From: Piscinibacter sp.
GTDB lineage: Bacteria > Pseudomonadota > Gammaproteobacteria > Burkholderiales > Burkholderiaceae_C
Assembly: GCF_036377015.1 (NCBI RefSeq)
Contig: NZ_DASUZE010000116.1
Direction: 5' to 3' (one strand)
DNA: 64,000 bases
Shown here piece after piece: positions 26,166 through 34,082 of the stretch; the first letter of the stretch is position 1; each line of letters opens with the position of its first letter. The position numbers and the translations under genes are program-made. The notes below the pieces were generated by a model. That model ran no database searches. It saw nothing but the letters and a program-made list of their open reading frames with translations, and had not been told where the DNA came from.

Positions 26166-27140
26166 TCAGGCCGTGACGGCCTGCGCGCCCACCAGGCCCA
26201 GCGCCGCGTCGCGGATCGCCTCCATCTGCGGCACCCCGGCCTGCTCCAGCACCCACGATCCCGCTGCCGGCGCATCGGGGCCTGTCAGGCGGCGCACCGG
26301 TGCGGTGAGCGCGTCGAAGGCTTTCTCGCTCACGAACGCGGCAACTTCGGCACCGACGCCGCACAGACCGTTGGCCTCGTGGACCACGATGAGCCGGCCG
26401 GTCTTGCGCACCGACGCCAGCACCGTGGCCTCGTCGATGGGCTTGAGCGTGCGCAGGTCGATCAGCTCGGCGTCGACGCCGCTGTCGGCCAGCGACTGCG
26501 CTGCGGCGAGGCACGCACCGACGGTCTTGGCGTAAGACACCAGCGTCACGTCGCGGCCTTCGCGCAGCACCGCCGCCTTGCCGATGGGCACGACGTGATC
26601 GCCTTCGGGCACCGGCCCCGGCGCGTGCGCCAGCGCCAGGTCCATGAAGAACATGACCGGGTTGTCGTCGCGAATGGCGGCCTTCATCAGGCCCTTGAAG
26701 TCCGCTGCATTGGAGGGCATCACCACCTTCAGGCCGGGCGCGTGGACGAACATCGCCTCGAGGTTGTGGTTGTGCTGCCCGCCGACGCTCCAGCCCGCGC
26801 CGGTCATGGTGAGCACGACCATCGGGAACTCGAACTGCCCGCCCGAAAGGTAGCGCAGCTTGCCGGCGCTGTTGATGATCGCGTCCATCGACAGCGTGAG
26901 GAAGGGCGCGAAGAGCAGGTCGACGACCGGGCGCAGGCCGGTCGCGGCAGCGCCCGCGGCGGTGCCGGCGATGATGCCCTCGGCCAGCGGCGTGTTGCGC
27001 ACGCGCTCGGGTCCGAACTCGGCGAGGAGGTCGTGGCGCTTGGTGGCCACGCCCTCGCCGAACATCAGCACGCGCGGGTCGCGGCGCATCTCTTCGGCCA
27101 GGGCCTGGCCGACGGCATCGGAAACGGTGATGGTTTGCAT
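26166..27140 (-). CDS. 2-oxoacid/acetoin dehydrogenase-like E1 beta subunit
   Basis: RVRNTPLAEG, PGLKVVMPS, DNPVMF, ELIDLRTLKP, VRKTGRLIVVHE. Confidence 0.9.
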   Translation of the reverse strand: MQTITVSDAVGQALAEEMRRDPRVLMFGEGVATKRHDLLAEFGPERVRNTPLAEGIIAGTAAGAAATGLRPVVDLLFAPFLTLSMDAIINSAGKLRYLSGGQFEFPMVVLTMTGAGWSVGGQHNHNLEAMFVHAPGLKVVMPSNAADFKGLMKAAIRDDNPVMFFMDLALAHAPGPVPEGDHVVPIGKAAVLREGRDVTLVSYAKTVGACLAAAQSLADSGVDAELIDLRTLKPIDEATVLASVRKTGRLIVVHEANGLCGVGAEVAAFVSEKAFDALTAPVRRLTGPDAPAAGSWVLEQAGVPQMEAIRDAALGLVGAQAVTA

Positions 27141-27160
27141 GGTGCGAAGACTCCGGGAGT

Positions 27161-28126
27161 TCAGGCGTAGACGTCGGTGGCGAGCTCGCGCAGGTCGGGC
27201 CAGGCCGAGGCTTGCGCGAAGGCCAGGGCGGCCTCGACGGTGTCGGACACGCGCTGGCGCAGATGGGCCAGCTCGCCGGGCAGCAGCACGCCATCGTCCA
27301 GCAGGCGCTGGCTCATCAGCGCGATCGGGTCGCGCGCCTTCCAGGCCGCGAGCTCCTTCGCGTCGACATAGGCCTGGTCGTCCGGCTCGAAGTGGCCGCG
27401 CTGGCGATAGGTGGTCAGCTCGAGGAACTGCGGCTGGCCGGTGGCCCGAATCGCGGCCACGGCCTCGCTCGCGGCCGCGTGCACCGCCTCGACGTCGTTG
27501 CCGTCGACGGTGCGCACCCCGATGCGGTGGCCGCGCACCCAGTCGGCGACGTGCTCGACCGGCATGGTCTCGTCGCGCCGCACGTAGGCCTGCCACTGGT
27601 TGTTCTCGCACACGTAGAGCAAGGGCAGCTGCCAGGTCACGGCGAGGTTGATCGACTCATGGAAGATGCCCTCGCAGGCCGCTCCGTCGCCGAAGAACAC
27701 GGTGGTGATGCCGCCCGGCTCCTGGTGCCCCATCTTCTGCGACAGGGCGACGCCGGGCGCGAGCGACAGCTCGCCGCCGACGATGGTCGAGGTGAGCACC
27801 ACGCCCAGTTCCTTGGCCGAGACGTGCAGCGAGCCGCTCTTGCCCTTGCAGTAGCCGTCGGCGCGCCCCATCACCTCGGCCATCAGCCGCCCGGGATCGG
27901 CGCCGCGCGCCAGCAGGTGACCGGCGCTGCGGTGGTTGGTGAGGATGCGGTCGCGCGACTGCAGGGCGTGCACCACGCCGACGGCGGCGGCTTCCTGGCC
28001 GACCGACGTGCAGGTGCCGGGCGAGGTGGGCGTGGCCAGCGACGCGAGCCGCTCCTCGTGGGCGCGGATCAGCATCATGGTCTCCAGCATGGAGATGCGG
28101 GCGAGTGGATCGGGAATGGATGGCAT
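27161..28126 (-). CDS. ThDP-dependent E1 alpha subunit (AcoA/PdhA-like)
   Basis: GQEAAAVG, TNHR, GKSGSLH, FFGDGA...ENNQW ThDP motif, TYRQRGHFEPD. Confidence 0.9.
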   Translation of the reverse strand: MPSIPDPLARISMLETMMLIRAHEERLASLATPTSPGTCTSVGQEAAAVGVVHALQSRDRILTNHRSAGHLLARGADPGRLMAEVMGRADGYCKGKSGSLHVSAKELGVVLTSTIVGGELSLAPGVALSQKMGHQEPGGITTVFFGDGAACEGIFHESINLAVTWQLPLLYVCENNQWQAYVRRDETMPVEHVADWVRGHRIGVRTVDGNDVEAVHAAASEAVAAIRATGQPQFLELTTYRQRGHFEPDDQAYVDAKELAAWKARDPIALMSQRLLDDGVLLPGELAHLRQRVSDTVEAALAFAQASAWPDLRELATDVYA

Positions 28127-28156
28127 GGCGGGCTCGCGGTGTGGATCGGAGCCGGG

Positions 28157-28203
28157 ACTGTAGGAAGCGGGGCGCGCCGCCACATCGTCCGAAGGAGCCA
28201 TCG
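28157..28203 (-). promoter_or_regulatory. CGATG box copy 3 plus -10 (TACAGT) upstream of E1 alpha/beta
   Basis: Sense CGATGGCTCCTTCGGACGATGTG (28181-28203), 18 nt, TACAGT (28157-28162). Confidence 0.78.
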
Positions 28204-28233
28204 CGCCGATGGCGGCGGGCCATGGCCCGCGAT

Positions 28234-30930
28234 TCAGCCCTTCAGGTCGCGCCAGCGAGCCGCGGCCTGACCACGCGTGGCCACGCCCAGCTTGTCGAGG
28301 ATGTTGGCGACGTGGCGCTTCACGGTGTGCGGGCTGAGGTCGAAGGCGCGAGCGATCAGCTTGTTGCTGTCGCCGGCCGCCATGCGTTGCAGGACCTCGC
28401 GTTCGCGCTCGCTGAGCACGGCCAGCGCATCGCCAGCCTCGGGCCGGCGCGCGGCCCGGGCTGCGGCAGGGACCGGCTCGACCGGCACGGCCGGCACGGT
28501 GATCGGCGCAGCCGGGAACAGGCCCGGCAGGCGCCGCAGCAGCGCGGACTCGGCCGGCCCCAGGCGGCCTCCCCAGTCCGCTGCGGCCAGCCGCTGCAGT
28601 GCCGGGCGACCGGCCAGCAGCGCTCCGCCCACCTCGCCGTCGTGCACGACCCGCGAGAGCCACGGCGCGAGCGTGGCCGCCGCCGCGTCCAGCGCGCCCA
28701 GGCGCAGCTCGACGTCGGCCAGCATCATCGTCATCTGCGTCGACGGGAAGAAGCACGACGCATCGGGCTTCCCCGCCAGCGGCTGCAGCAGCTCGCGCGC
28801 TTCGTCGAGCCGATCGTCGAGCAGCGCGAGCATGGCGCGCGTGGCGCGCCGGTCGTCGTCGGCCGCTGCCCACTCGTACGCATTGCCGGTGCGCGCGATG
28901 GCGCCGGCGAGCGAGCGCAGCACGGCGGAGTCGCCGATCAGCCAGGCCGCCCGCACGTAGGTGAACAGCTCCTCGTACTCATGGGTGAGCCGGTTGCTAC
29001 GCAGCGAGTTCTCCTCGAGGTCGCGCTTGTTCTCCTCGGCAGCGGCGAAGCTCGCCTCGCGGTCGCCGCGCACGGCGTCGATCAGCGTGTGCGCCATCCA
29101 GTTCTCGGTCATGAGGCTGCGCGGGCGACCCAGCCAGCGTACGTCTTCGTCGGCGCGCGCCAGCCATTGCGCAGCCTCGTCGACGCGGCCCTGGGAGAAG
29201 GCCAGCCAGGCGCGGATGTGCATCACGCCGGCACGCAGCTGGGTCGGCGAGTCGCTCAGCACGCGCATCGCGCCGGCGGCGAAGCGCTCGAGCAGCGGCC
29301 GCATGCCCGGCAGGCCGGTGAGCAGGCTCACGAAGAAGCAGCGGTCCCAGACCTGCGGGTCGTGCGAGCGCTCCAGCGCCTGCAGCATCTCGGTGACCCG
29401 GGGCGCGACGTCGTCGGCGCGCATCTGCGCGTAGGCGGCCCAGGCGCTGCCGAAGCACACGAAGGGACGCACCGTGTCGTCCAGCGACAAGGCACGCAGG
29501 CGGTCGAGCTCGGCACTGGCCGACGGCAACTGCCCGGTGTTCTGCATGGCGACACAGGCATAGGCTTGCGCCAAGGCCGCCTCCTGCGGGCGGCCGTCGC
29601 GCTCGTAGCCCTCGGCCGCCCGCCGCATGGCGGCGCACATGCCGTCGAAGTCGAAGCGCGGGAAGGTGGTGAGGCCGTGCAGCAGGTGCAGGCCCGGCCG
29701 GCGCACGAACTCGGACAGCGGAAACTGCGCGAGCATCTGCTCCAGCGCGGGTCCGCCGCCCATGGCGACCAGCGCCGGGCCGCGCTCCATGAGGACGCGG
29801 CTGGCGGCGTCCCAGTCGGCGGCGCGGGTGAGGTAGCCCACCGCCCGCACCGGGTCGGTCTCGTCGTCGGCGGCGCGGCGCAGCAGGTAGGGCACCTCCT
29901 GCGGGTACTCGCGCTGCAGCCGGTCCTCGAGGAAGTCGCGGAACAGGTCGTGCAGGCGCAGGGTGAGCTCGTCGGCGTCGAGGGTGACGACGAACAGGCC
30001 GCGCCGCTCCACCTCTTCGAGCAGGCGCGCGGTCCGCGGGATGCGGCTCACGTGCTCGCAGCGCGTGGCGGTGAGCTCGGGCAGCACCGAGCAGCGCAGC
30101 AGGAACCAGCGCAGGTCCGCCGGCATGTCGTCGAGCACCTCGCTGGCGAGGTAGTCGAACAGGTGGCGCTGGGTGGGCGAGCCCACCCCCAGGGGCGCAC
30201 CGCCGGGGCGGGCCGACAGGCTCAGGCGCAGGCCGGCGGCCCAGCCGTCGGTGCGGGCCAGCAGCTCGCGCGAGGCGGACGGCGCGGGCGTCGCGCCGTT
30301 GTCGGCCAGCAAGGCGGCGACTTCCGATTCGTTGAAGCGCAGGTCGTACTGGCGGAACTCCGCCAGCTCGCCGCCGGCCCGCCAGCGGGCCAGGGTCAGC
30401 GGCGGCTCGACCCGGCTGGCGATGGCCACGCCCCACTGCTCGGGCAGCCGGTCGAGCATCGCCTGGAGCAGGTCGAACACCTGCGGGTCGGCGATGCGGT
30501 GGGCGTCGTCGATGACGATGACGCCGCGCTGGACCTCGGCCGAGGCGAGCGCGTTGACCAGCTCGCTGGCAACGTCGCGCAGGCCGCGCTCGGCCTGGGC
30601 CAGCGTGGCCAGCGCCTCGGGCGAGACCCGCCAGGGCAGGTCGTGCGGCTCCAGCGCCGTGGTCAGGCAGGCCAGGAAGCGCTGCAGCTGGTCGTCCTCG
30701 TCGGCCGACACCCAGGCCAGCGCACAACCGGGCGGCAGGCGGCGGATCTGGCGGGTGAGCGCGGCCGTCTTGCCGTAGCCGGCCGGGGCGACCAGCAGGG
30801 TCAGGCGGTGCTGCTGCAAGGCGGCGTCGAGGGCCTGCTCCAGGGCGGGGCGCTCGACCAGCCCGGTGCGCGGCCGGGGGGGCTGGATCTTCGCGAGCGC
30901 AAAGGCGGGAAGCGAGGCCGTCGACTGCAT
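28234..30930 (-). CDS. MalT-like STAND ATPase / LuxR HTH transcriptional activator 2
   Basis: APAGYGKT, IVIDDAH, TDGWAAG, C-terminal HTH nearly identical to activator 1. Confidence 0.92.
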   Translation of the reverse strand: MQSTASLPAFALAKIQPPRPRTGLVERPALEQALDAALQQHRLTLLVAPAGYGKTAALTRQIRRLPPGCALAWVSADEDDQLQRFLACLTTALEPHDLPWRVSPEALATLAQAERGLRDVASELVNALASAEVQRGVIVIDDAHRIADPQVFDLLQAMLDRLPEQWGVAIASRVEPPLTLARWRAGGELAEFRQYDLRFNESEVAALLADNGATPAPSASRELLARTDGWAAGLRLSLSARPGGAPLGVGSPTQRHLFDYLASEVLDDMPADLRWFLLRCSVLPELTATRCEHVSRIPRTARLLEEVERRGLFVVTLDADELTLRLHDLFRDFLEDRLQREYPQEVPYLLRRAADDETDPVRAVGYLTRAADWDAASRVLMERGPALVAMGGGPALEQMLAQFPLSEFVRRPGLHLLHGLTTFPRFDFDGMCAAMRRAAEGYERDGRPQEAALAQAYACVAMQNTGQLPSASAELDRLRALSLDDTVRPFVCFGSAWAAYAQMRADDVAPRVTEMLQALERSHDPQVWDRCFFVSLLTGLPGMRPLLERFAAGAMRVLSDSPTQLRAGVMHIRAWLAFSQGRVDEAAQWLARADEDVRWLGRPRSLMTENWMAHTLIDAVRGDREASFAAAEENKRDLEENSLRSNRLTHEYEELFTYVRAAWLIGDSAVLRSLAGAIARTGNAYEWAAADDDRRATRAMLALLDDRLDEARELLQPLAGKPDASCFFPSTQMTMMLADVELRLGALDAAAATLAPWLSRVVHDGEVGGALLAGRPALQRLAAADWGGRLGPAESALLRRLPGLFPAAPITVPAVPVEPVPAAARAARRPEAGDALAVLSEREREVLQRMAAGDSNKLIARAFDLSPHTVKRHVANILDKLGVATRGQAAARWRDLKG

Positions 30931-30992
30931 GCGTGAATTTTGCCGCAGCGCTTCTCGACTGCAGCACTCGCGGGCCACGCGCAAACCCCAAC

Positions 30993-31039
30993 CGATGGCT
31001 CTTTCGGGCGATGTGCGTTCACCATCGCCTCCGGACACT
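30993..31039 (+). promoter_or_regulatory. CGATG box copy 4 plus -10 (GACACT) upstream of cupin
   Basis: CGATGGCTCTTTCGGGCGATGTG (30993-31015), 18 nt, GACACT (31034-31039). Confidence 0.75.
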
Positions 31040-31046
31040 CGCCGCC

Positions 31047-31379
31047 ATGCACGTCGTCCACCATGCCCACCTGCCCCACCTGCACCTCGGCGACGAACTG
31101 TGCATTGCCGTCGCCGACCGCAGCCGCGGCATCACGGGCTTCGAGGTCTGGCTGCGCACGCTCGCCCCCGGCGCCCACACCGAGGCGCTGCGCCACGCCG
31201 GCGAGCTGGTGGTGCTGGCCCTGGCCGGCGGCGGCAAGCTGCTGATCGACGGCGGGCCGCAGCGCTTCAGCGGGCCCTGCACCTTGCTGATCCCGGCCGG
31301 CGCGCAGTTCCAGCTGGTCAATCAAGGGACTGAGCCGCTGCAGCTGGTCTGGGTGTTCACGAGTCCGCCGACCGTGTAA
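31047..31379 (+). CDS. Small cupin-fold protein (degenerate metal site)
   Basis: FEVWLRTLAPG...RHAGELVVLALAGGG and LLIPAGAQFQLVNQGTEPL cupin pattern. Confidence 0.72.
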   Translation: MHVVHHAHLPHLHLGDELCIAVADRSRGITGFEVWLRTLAPGAHTEALRHAGELVVLALAGGGKLLIDGGPQRFSGPCTLLIPAGAQFQLVNQGTEPLQLVWVFTSPPTV

Positions 31380-31414
31380 CCCCCCGGAAGGGGTGGCCCG
31401 TCGCCGTGGTCCTC

Positions 31415-31461
31415 CGATGGCTCCTTCGACCGATGTGCGATCGGCCGCCGATCCAGACACT
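31415..31461 (+). promoter_or_regulatory. CGATG box copy 5 plus -10 (GACACT) upstream of hemerythrin-like pair
   Basis: CGATGGCTCCTTCGACCGATGTG (31415-31437), 18 nt, GACACT (31456-31461). Confidence 0.78.
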
Positions 31462-31492
31462 GGCGGCCTTCGACAACGCCACGGACACCGCC

Positions 31493-32059
31493 ATGCCCAC
31501 CCTCCCCATCGACATCGTCGTCGCGGCCCACAAGGCCACCCGCCGCTTCATGTTCGAGACCCTGGTCGCGATCGGCGCGCTGGACGTCACCGACGGCCAC
31601 GACATCGACCGCAGCCTGAACCTGCTCGAGCGCCTGCTCGAGGTGCTGGGCGAGACCCGGGACGACTGGCGCGACACGATCCACGGCCTGCGCCACGGCG
31701 CCGCCAGCCAGCGCCGCGGCCTGGCCGCCCGGCTCTATCGCGACCTCGCCGAGCTGGTCAGCCGCGAGCTGGCGCGCCTGCAGCGGCGCGAGGCCCAGGC
31801 CGGCGCGCAACCGGCCGCCGTGGCGCTCGAACGCCTCGACGACGACGAGCTGCGCGGCGCGCTGCACTGGATGGAAGGCGCCCTGACCCCGCAGGAGCTG
31901 GCGGGCCTCCTGGACCAGCTGCACACGCATGCGAACGCACCCCGCTTCAACCTCGCGCTGGCCGTGCTCGCCGAACGCATGGACAACCGGCGCTGGCACC
32001 AGCTCGCCCGCGCCCTCGACCTCCATCGCGACACGGCCCCCGTGGCCCTGGCCGCCTGA
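31493..32059 (+). CDS. Degenerate hemerythrin-like protein, paralogue of the next gene
   Basis: Shares HKAxRxFM, GxLDVTD, LYRxLA, WxxxALTPxExAGxL and WxxLA blocks with 32087-32809. Confidence 0.7.
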   Translation: MPTLPIDIVVAAHKATRRFMFETLVAIGALDVTDGHDIDRSLNLLERLLEVLGETRDDWRDTIHGLRHGAASQRRGLAARLYRDLAELVSRELARLQRREAQAGAQPAAVALERLDDDELRGALHWMEGALTPQELAGLLDQLHTHANAPRFNLALAVLAERMDNRRWHQLARALDLHRDTAPVALAA

Positions 32060-32086
32060 TCCCTTTCCTTCACACGGAGCCTGTTC

Positions 32087-32809
32087 ATGATTGCCGACAC
32101 CCTCGCCCCCCGCCACGCGCCGCGCTACGACCTGTACGCGGGCATCCACAAGGCGGCGCGGGCCTTCATGACCGACACCCTGGGTCGCATCGGCCGCCTC
32201 GATGTCACCGACGACGCGGACACGCGGGCTGCCTTGACGCAGCTCGAGGCGCTGCTCGCCTTCTGCGAGAAGCACCTGCAGCACGAGAACGAGTTCGTGC
32301 ACCCGGCGATCGAGGCCCGCGAGCCCGGCAGCGCCGGCCGCATCGCCGCCGAGCATCGTGAGCACCTCGAGGCCATCGCGGCGCTGCGCGAGGACGCACG
32401 CCAGCTGCTGGTCGCCGCGCTGCCGCAGCGCGCATCGCTGGCCCTGCGCCTGTACCGCCACCTGGCCCTGTTCGTCGCCGAGAACTTCGAGCACATGCAC
32501 GTCGAGGAGACGCTGCACAACGCGACACTCTGGACCCACTACAGCGACGAGGAGCTGCACGCGCTGCACGGCCGCCTCAAGGCGAGCATCGCCCCCCCGG
32601 ACATGCTGGAGGTCCTGCGCTGGCTGGTCCCGGCGCTCACCCCGGCCGAGCGCGCCGGCATGCTCAACGGCGCCAAGGCCGAGATGCCGGCAACGGCTTT
32701 CCAGGCGATGGTCGGCTACGTGCGGCCGCACCTCGACGCGACGGCCTGGAACAAGCTCGCGCCGGCCATCGGGGTCGAGCGCGACCCGCGCTTCGCGCAC
32801 GTCGGCTGA
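32087..32809 (+). CDS. Hemerythrin/HHE-domain protein
   Basis: IHKAAR, HLQHENEFVHP, AEHREH, EHMHVEE His/Glu metal-ligand pattern. Confidence 0.8.
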   Translation: MIADTLAPRHAPRYDLYAGIHKAARAFMTDTLGRIGRLDVTDDADTRAALTQLEALLAFCEKHLQHENEFVHPAIEAREPGSAGRIAAEHREHLEAIAALREDARQLLVAALPQRASLALRLYRHLALFVAENFEHMHVEETLHNATLWTHYSDEELHALHGRLKASIAPPDMLEVLRWLVPALTPAERAGMLNGAKAEMPATAFQAMVGYVRPHLDATAWNKLAPAIGVERDPRFAHVG

Positions 32810-32813
32810 ATCC

Positions 32814-32853
32814 GGCTGCGCGCTTGCTGCGTAGACGCAGCAAGCGCGCAGCC
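32814..32853. repeat. Perfect 18-bp inverted repeat (hairpin) after the hemerythrin gene
   Basis: GGCTGCGCGCTTGCTGCG-TAGA-CGCAGCAAGCGCGCAGCC. Confidence 0.85.
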
Positions 32854-32870
32854 TGACGGCGCAATGCACT

Positions 32871-33106
32871 GCTCCCCCTGCCCCCCTCCGCGAGGGGGTT
32901 CCAGCTTGTTCGACGACACCCACCAGCCTCCCTCCGAGAGGGAGGCTCCGGCATGCATGAAAGGCCGGCCTACGGCCGGCACCCTGCTCAACGTGATGAC
33001 GTCGCCAAGGTGTTGCGTCAAACGCGCTGGAGCCTCCCTCTCGGAGGGAGGCTGGAGGGAGCAGTCGAACAAGCTGGAACCCCCTCTCGGAGGGGGCCTG
33101 GGGAGC
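32871..33106. repeat. REPIN/MITE-like element: two about 78-bp inverted arms around an about 80-bp spacer
   Basis: 32871-32949 is a near reverse complement of 33029-33106; each arm holds CCCCCTCCG(A/C)GAGGGGG and GCCTCCCTCCGAGAGGGAGGC palindromes. Confidence 0.8.
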
Positions 33107-33159
33107 GGTGCGTTAAGTCATGCCGGCCAAAGGCCGGCTTCAACCAAGGTGATAAACCA

Positions 33160-34065
33160 ATGAACAAGTGGATCAAGCGCTCGCTGATCGCCGTCGCGGG
33201 CTTGGCCACGCTGGGCGCGGCTGGGCTGTCGCTGGGCGCTTACTTGGGCGACCGCAAGGCAACTCGGCATGTGGACGTGGCGGTGCGCGCCGTCGCCATC
33301 CCCGCCGACGCCGCCGGCCTGGAGCGCGGCCGCTATCTCTTCGCCACCCGCGGCTGTGTCGACTGCCACGGCGCCGACGGCGCGGGGCATGCCTTCATCG
33401 ACGACAAGGGCGGCTTCTATGCCAAGGCGCCCAACATCAGCACGGGCGACGGCAGCGTGGTCGCCGCCTACCGGCCGGAAGACTGGGTGCGCACCATCCG
33501 CCATGGCGTCAAGCCCGATGGCCGGCCGGCCTTCATCATGCCCAGCGAGGACTACAACCGCCTCACCGACACCGACCTCGGCGCGCTGGTCGCCTACGTG
33601 AAGCAGCTGCCGCCGGCGCGCGGCGAAGGCCTGGTGGCACGCGTGCCGGCGCTGGTCAAGACGCTGTACGCCGCGGGCGTGATCCGCGACGCCGCCGAGA
33701 AGATCGACCACGCCCTGCCGCCGGCGGCCCCGGTTCCCGAGGACGGATCGCCGGCGCACGGCGCCTACGTCGCCAACATGTGCCAGGGCTGCCACGGGCC
33801 GCACCTGTCGGGCGGCAAGATCCCCGGCGGTCCGCCCGACTGGCCGGCGGCGGCCAACCTGACGCCGGGCGAAGGCAGCGCGCTGGGGCGCTACGAGAAC
33901 GCCGACCAGTTCATCGCCATGCTGCACACGGGCAAGCGGCCGGATGGCTCGCCGGTGAGCTCGGTGATGCCGTTCACGTCGTTGCGCGAGCTGAGCGACA
34001 ACGACGCGAAGGCGCTGTATGCGCACTTGAAGCAGCTCGCACCGGTCGCCTTCGGCAACCGGTAG
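33160..34065 (+). CDS. Membrane-anchored diheme c-type cytochrome
   Basis: N-terminal TM; CVDCH and CQGCH heme motifs; APNIS/AANLTP, distal MP motifs. Confidence 0.9.
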   Translation: MNKWIKRSLIAVAGLATLGAAGLSLGAYLGDRKATRHVDVAVRAVAIPADAAGLERGRYLFATRGCVDCHGADGAGHAFIDDKGGFYAKAPNISTGDGSVVAAYRPEDWVRTIRHGVKPDGRPAFIMPSEDYNRLTDTDLGALVAYVKQLPPARGEGLVARVPALVKTLYAAGVIRDAAEKIDHALPPAAPVPEDGSPAHGAYVANMCQGCHGPHLSGGKIPGGPPDWPAAANLTPGEGSALGRYENADQFIAMLHTGKRPDGSPVSSVMPFTSLRELSDNDAKALYAHLKQLAPVAFGNR

Positions 34066-34082
34066 CCCGGGTGCAACCCGGG
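34062..34082 (+). repeat. GTAG-type REP
   Basis: GTAGCCCGGGTGCAACCCGGG; its TAG is the cytochrome c stop. Confidence 0.88.

Noticed and set aside
23480-30930. STAND NTPases as Avs-type anti-phage defence proteins
   Set aside because: They have a C-terminal LuxR HTH and no N-terminal effector nuclease, which is the MalT regulator architecture.
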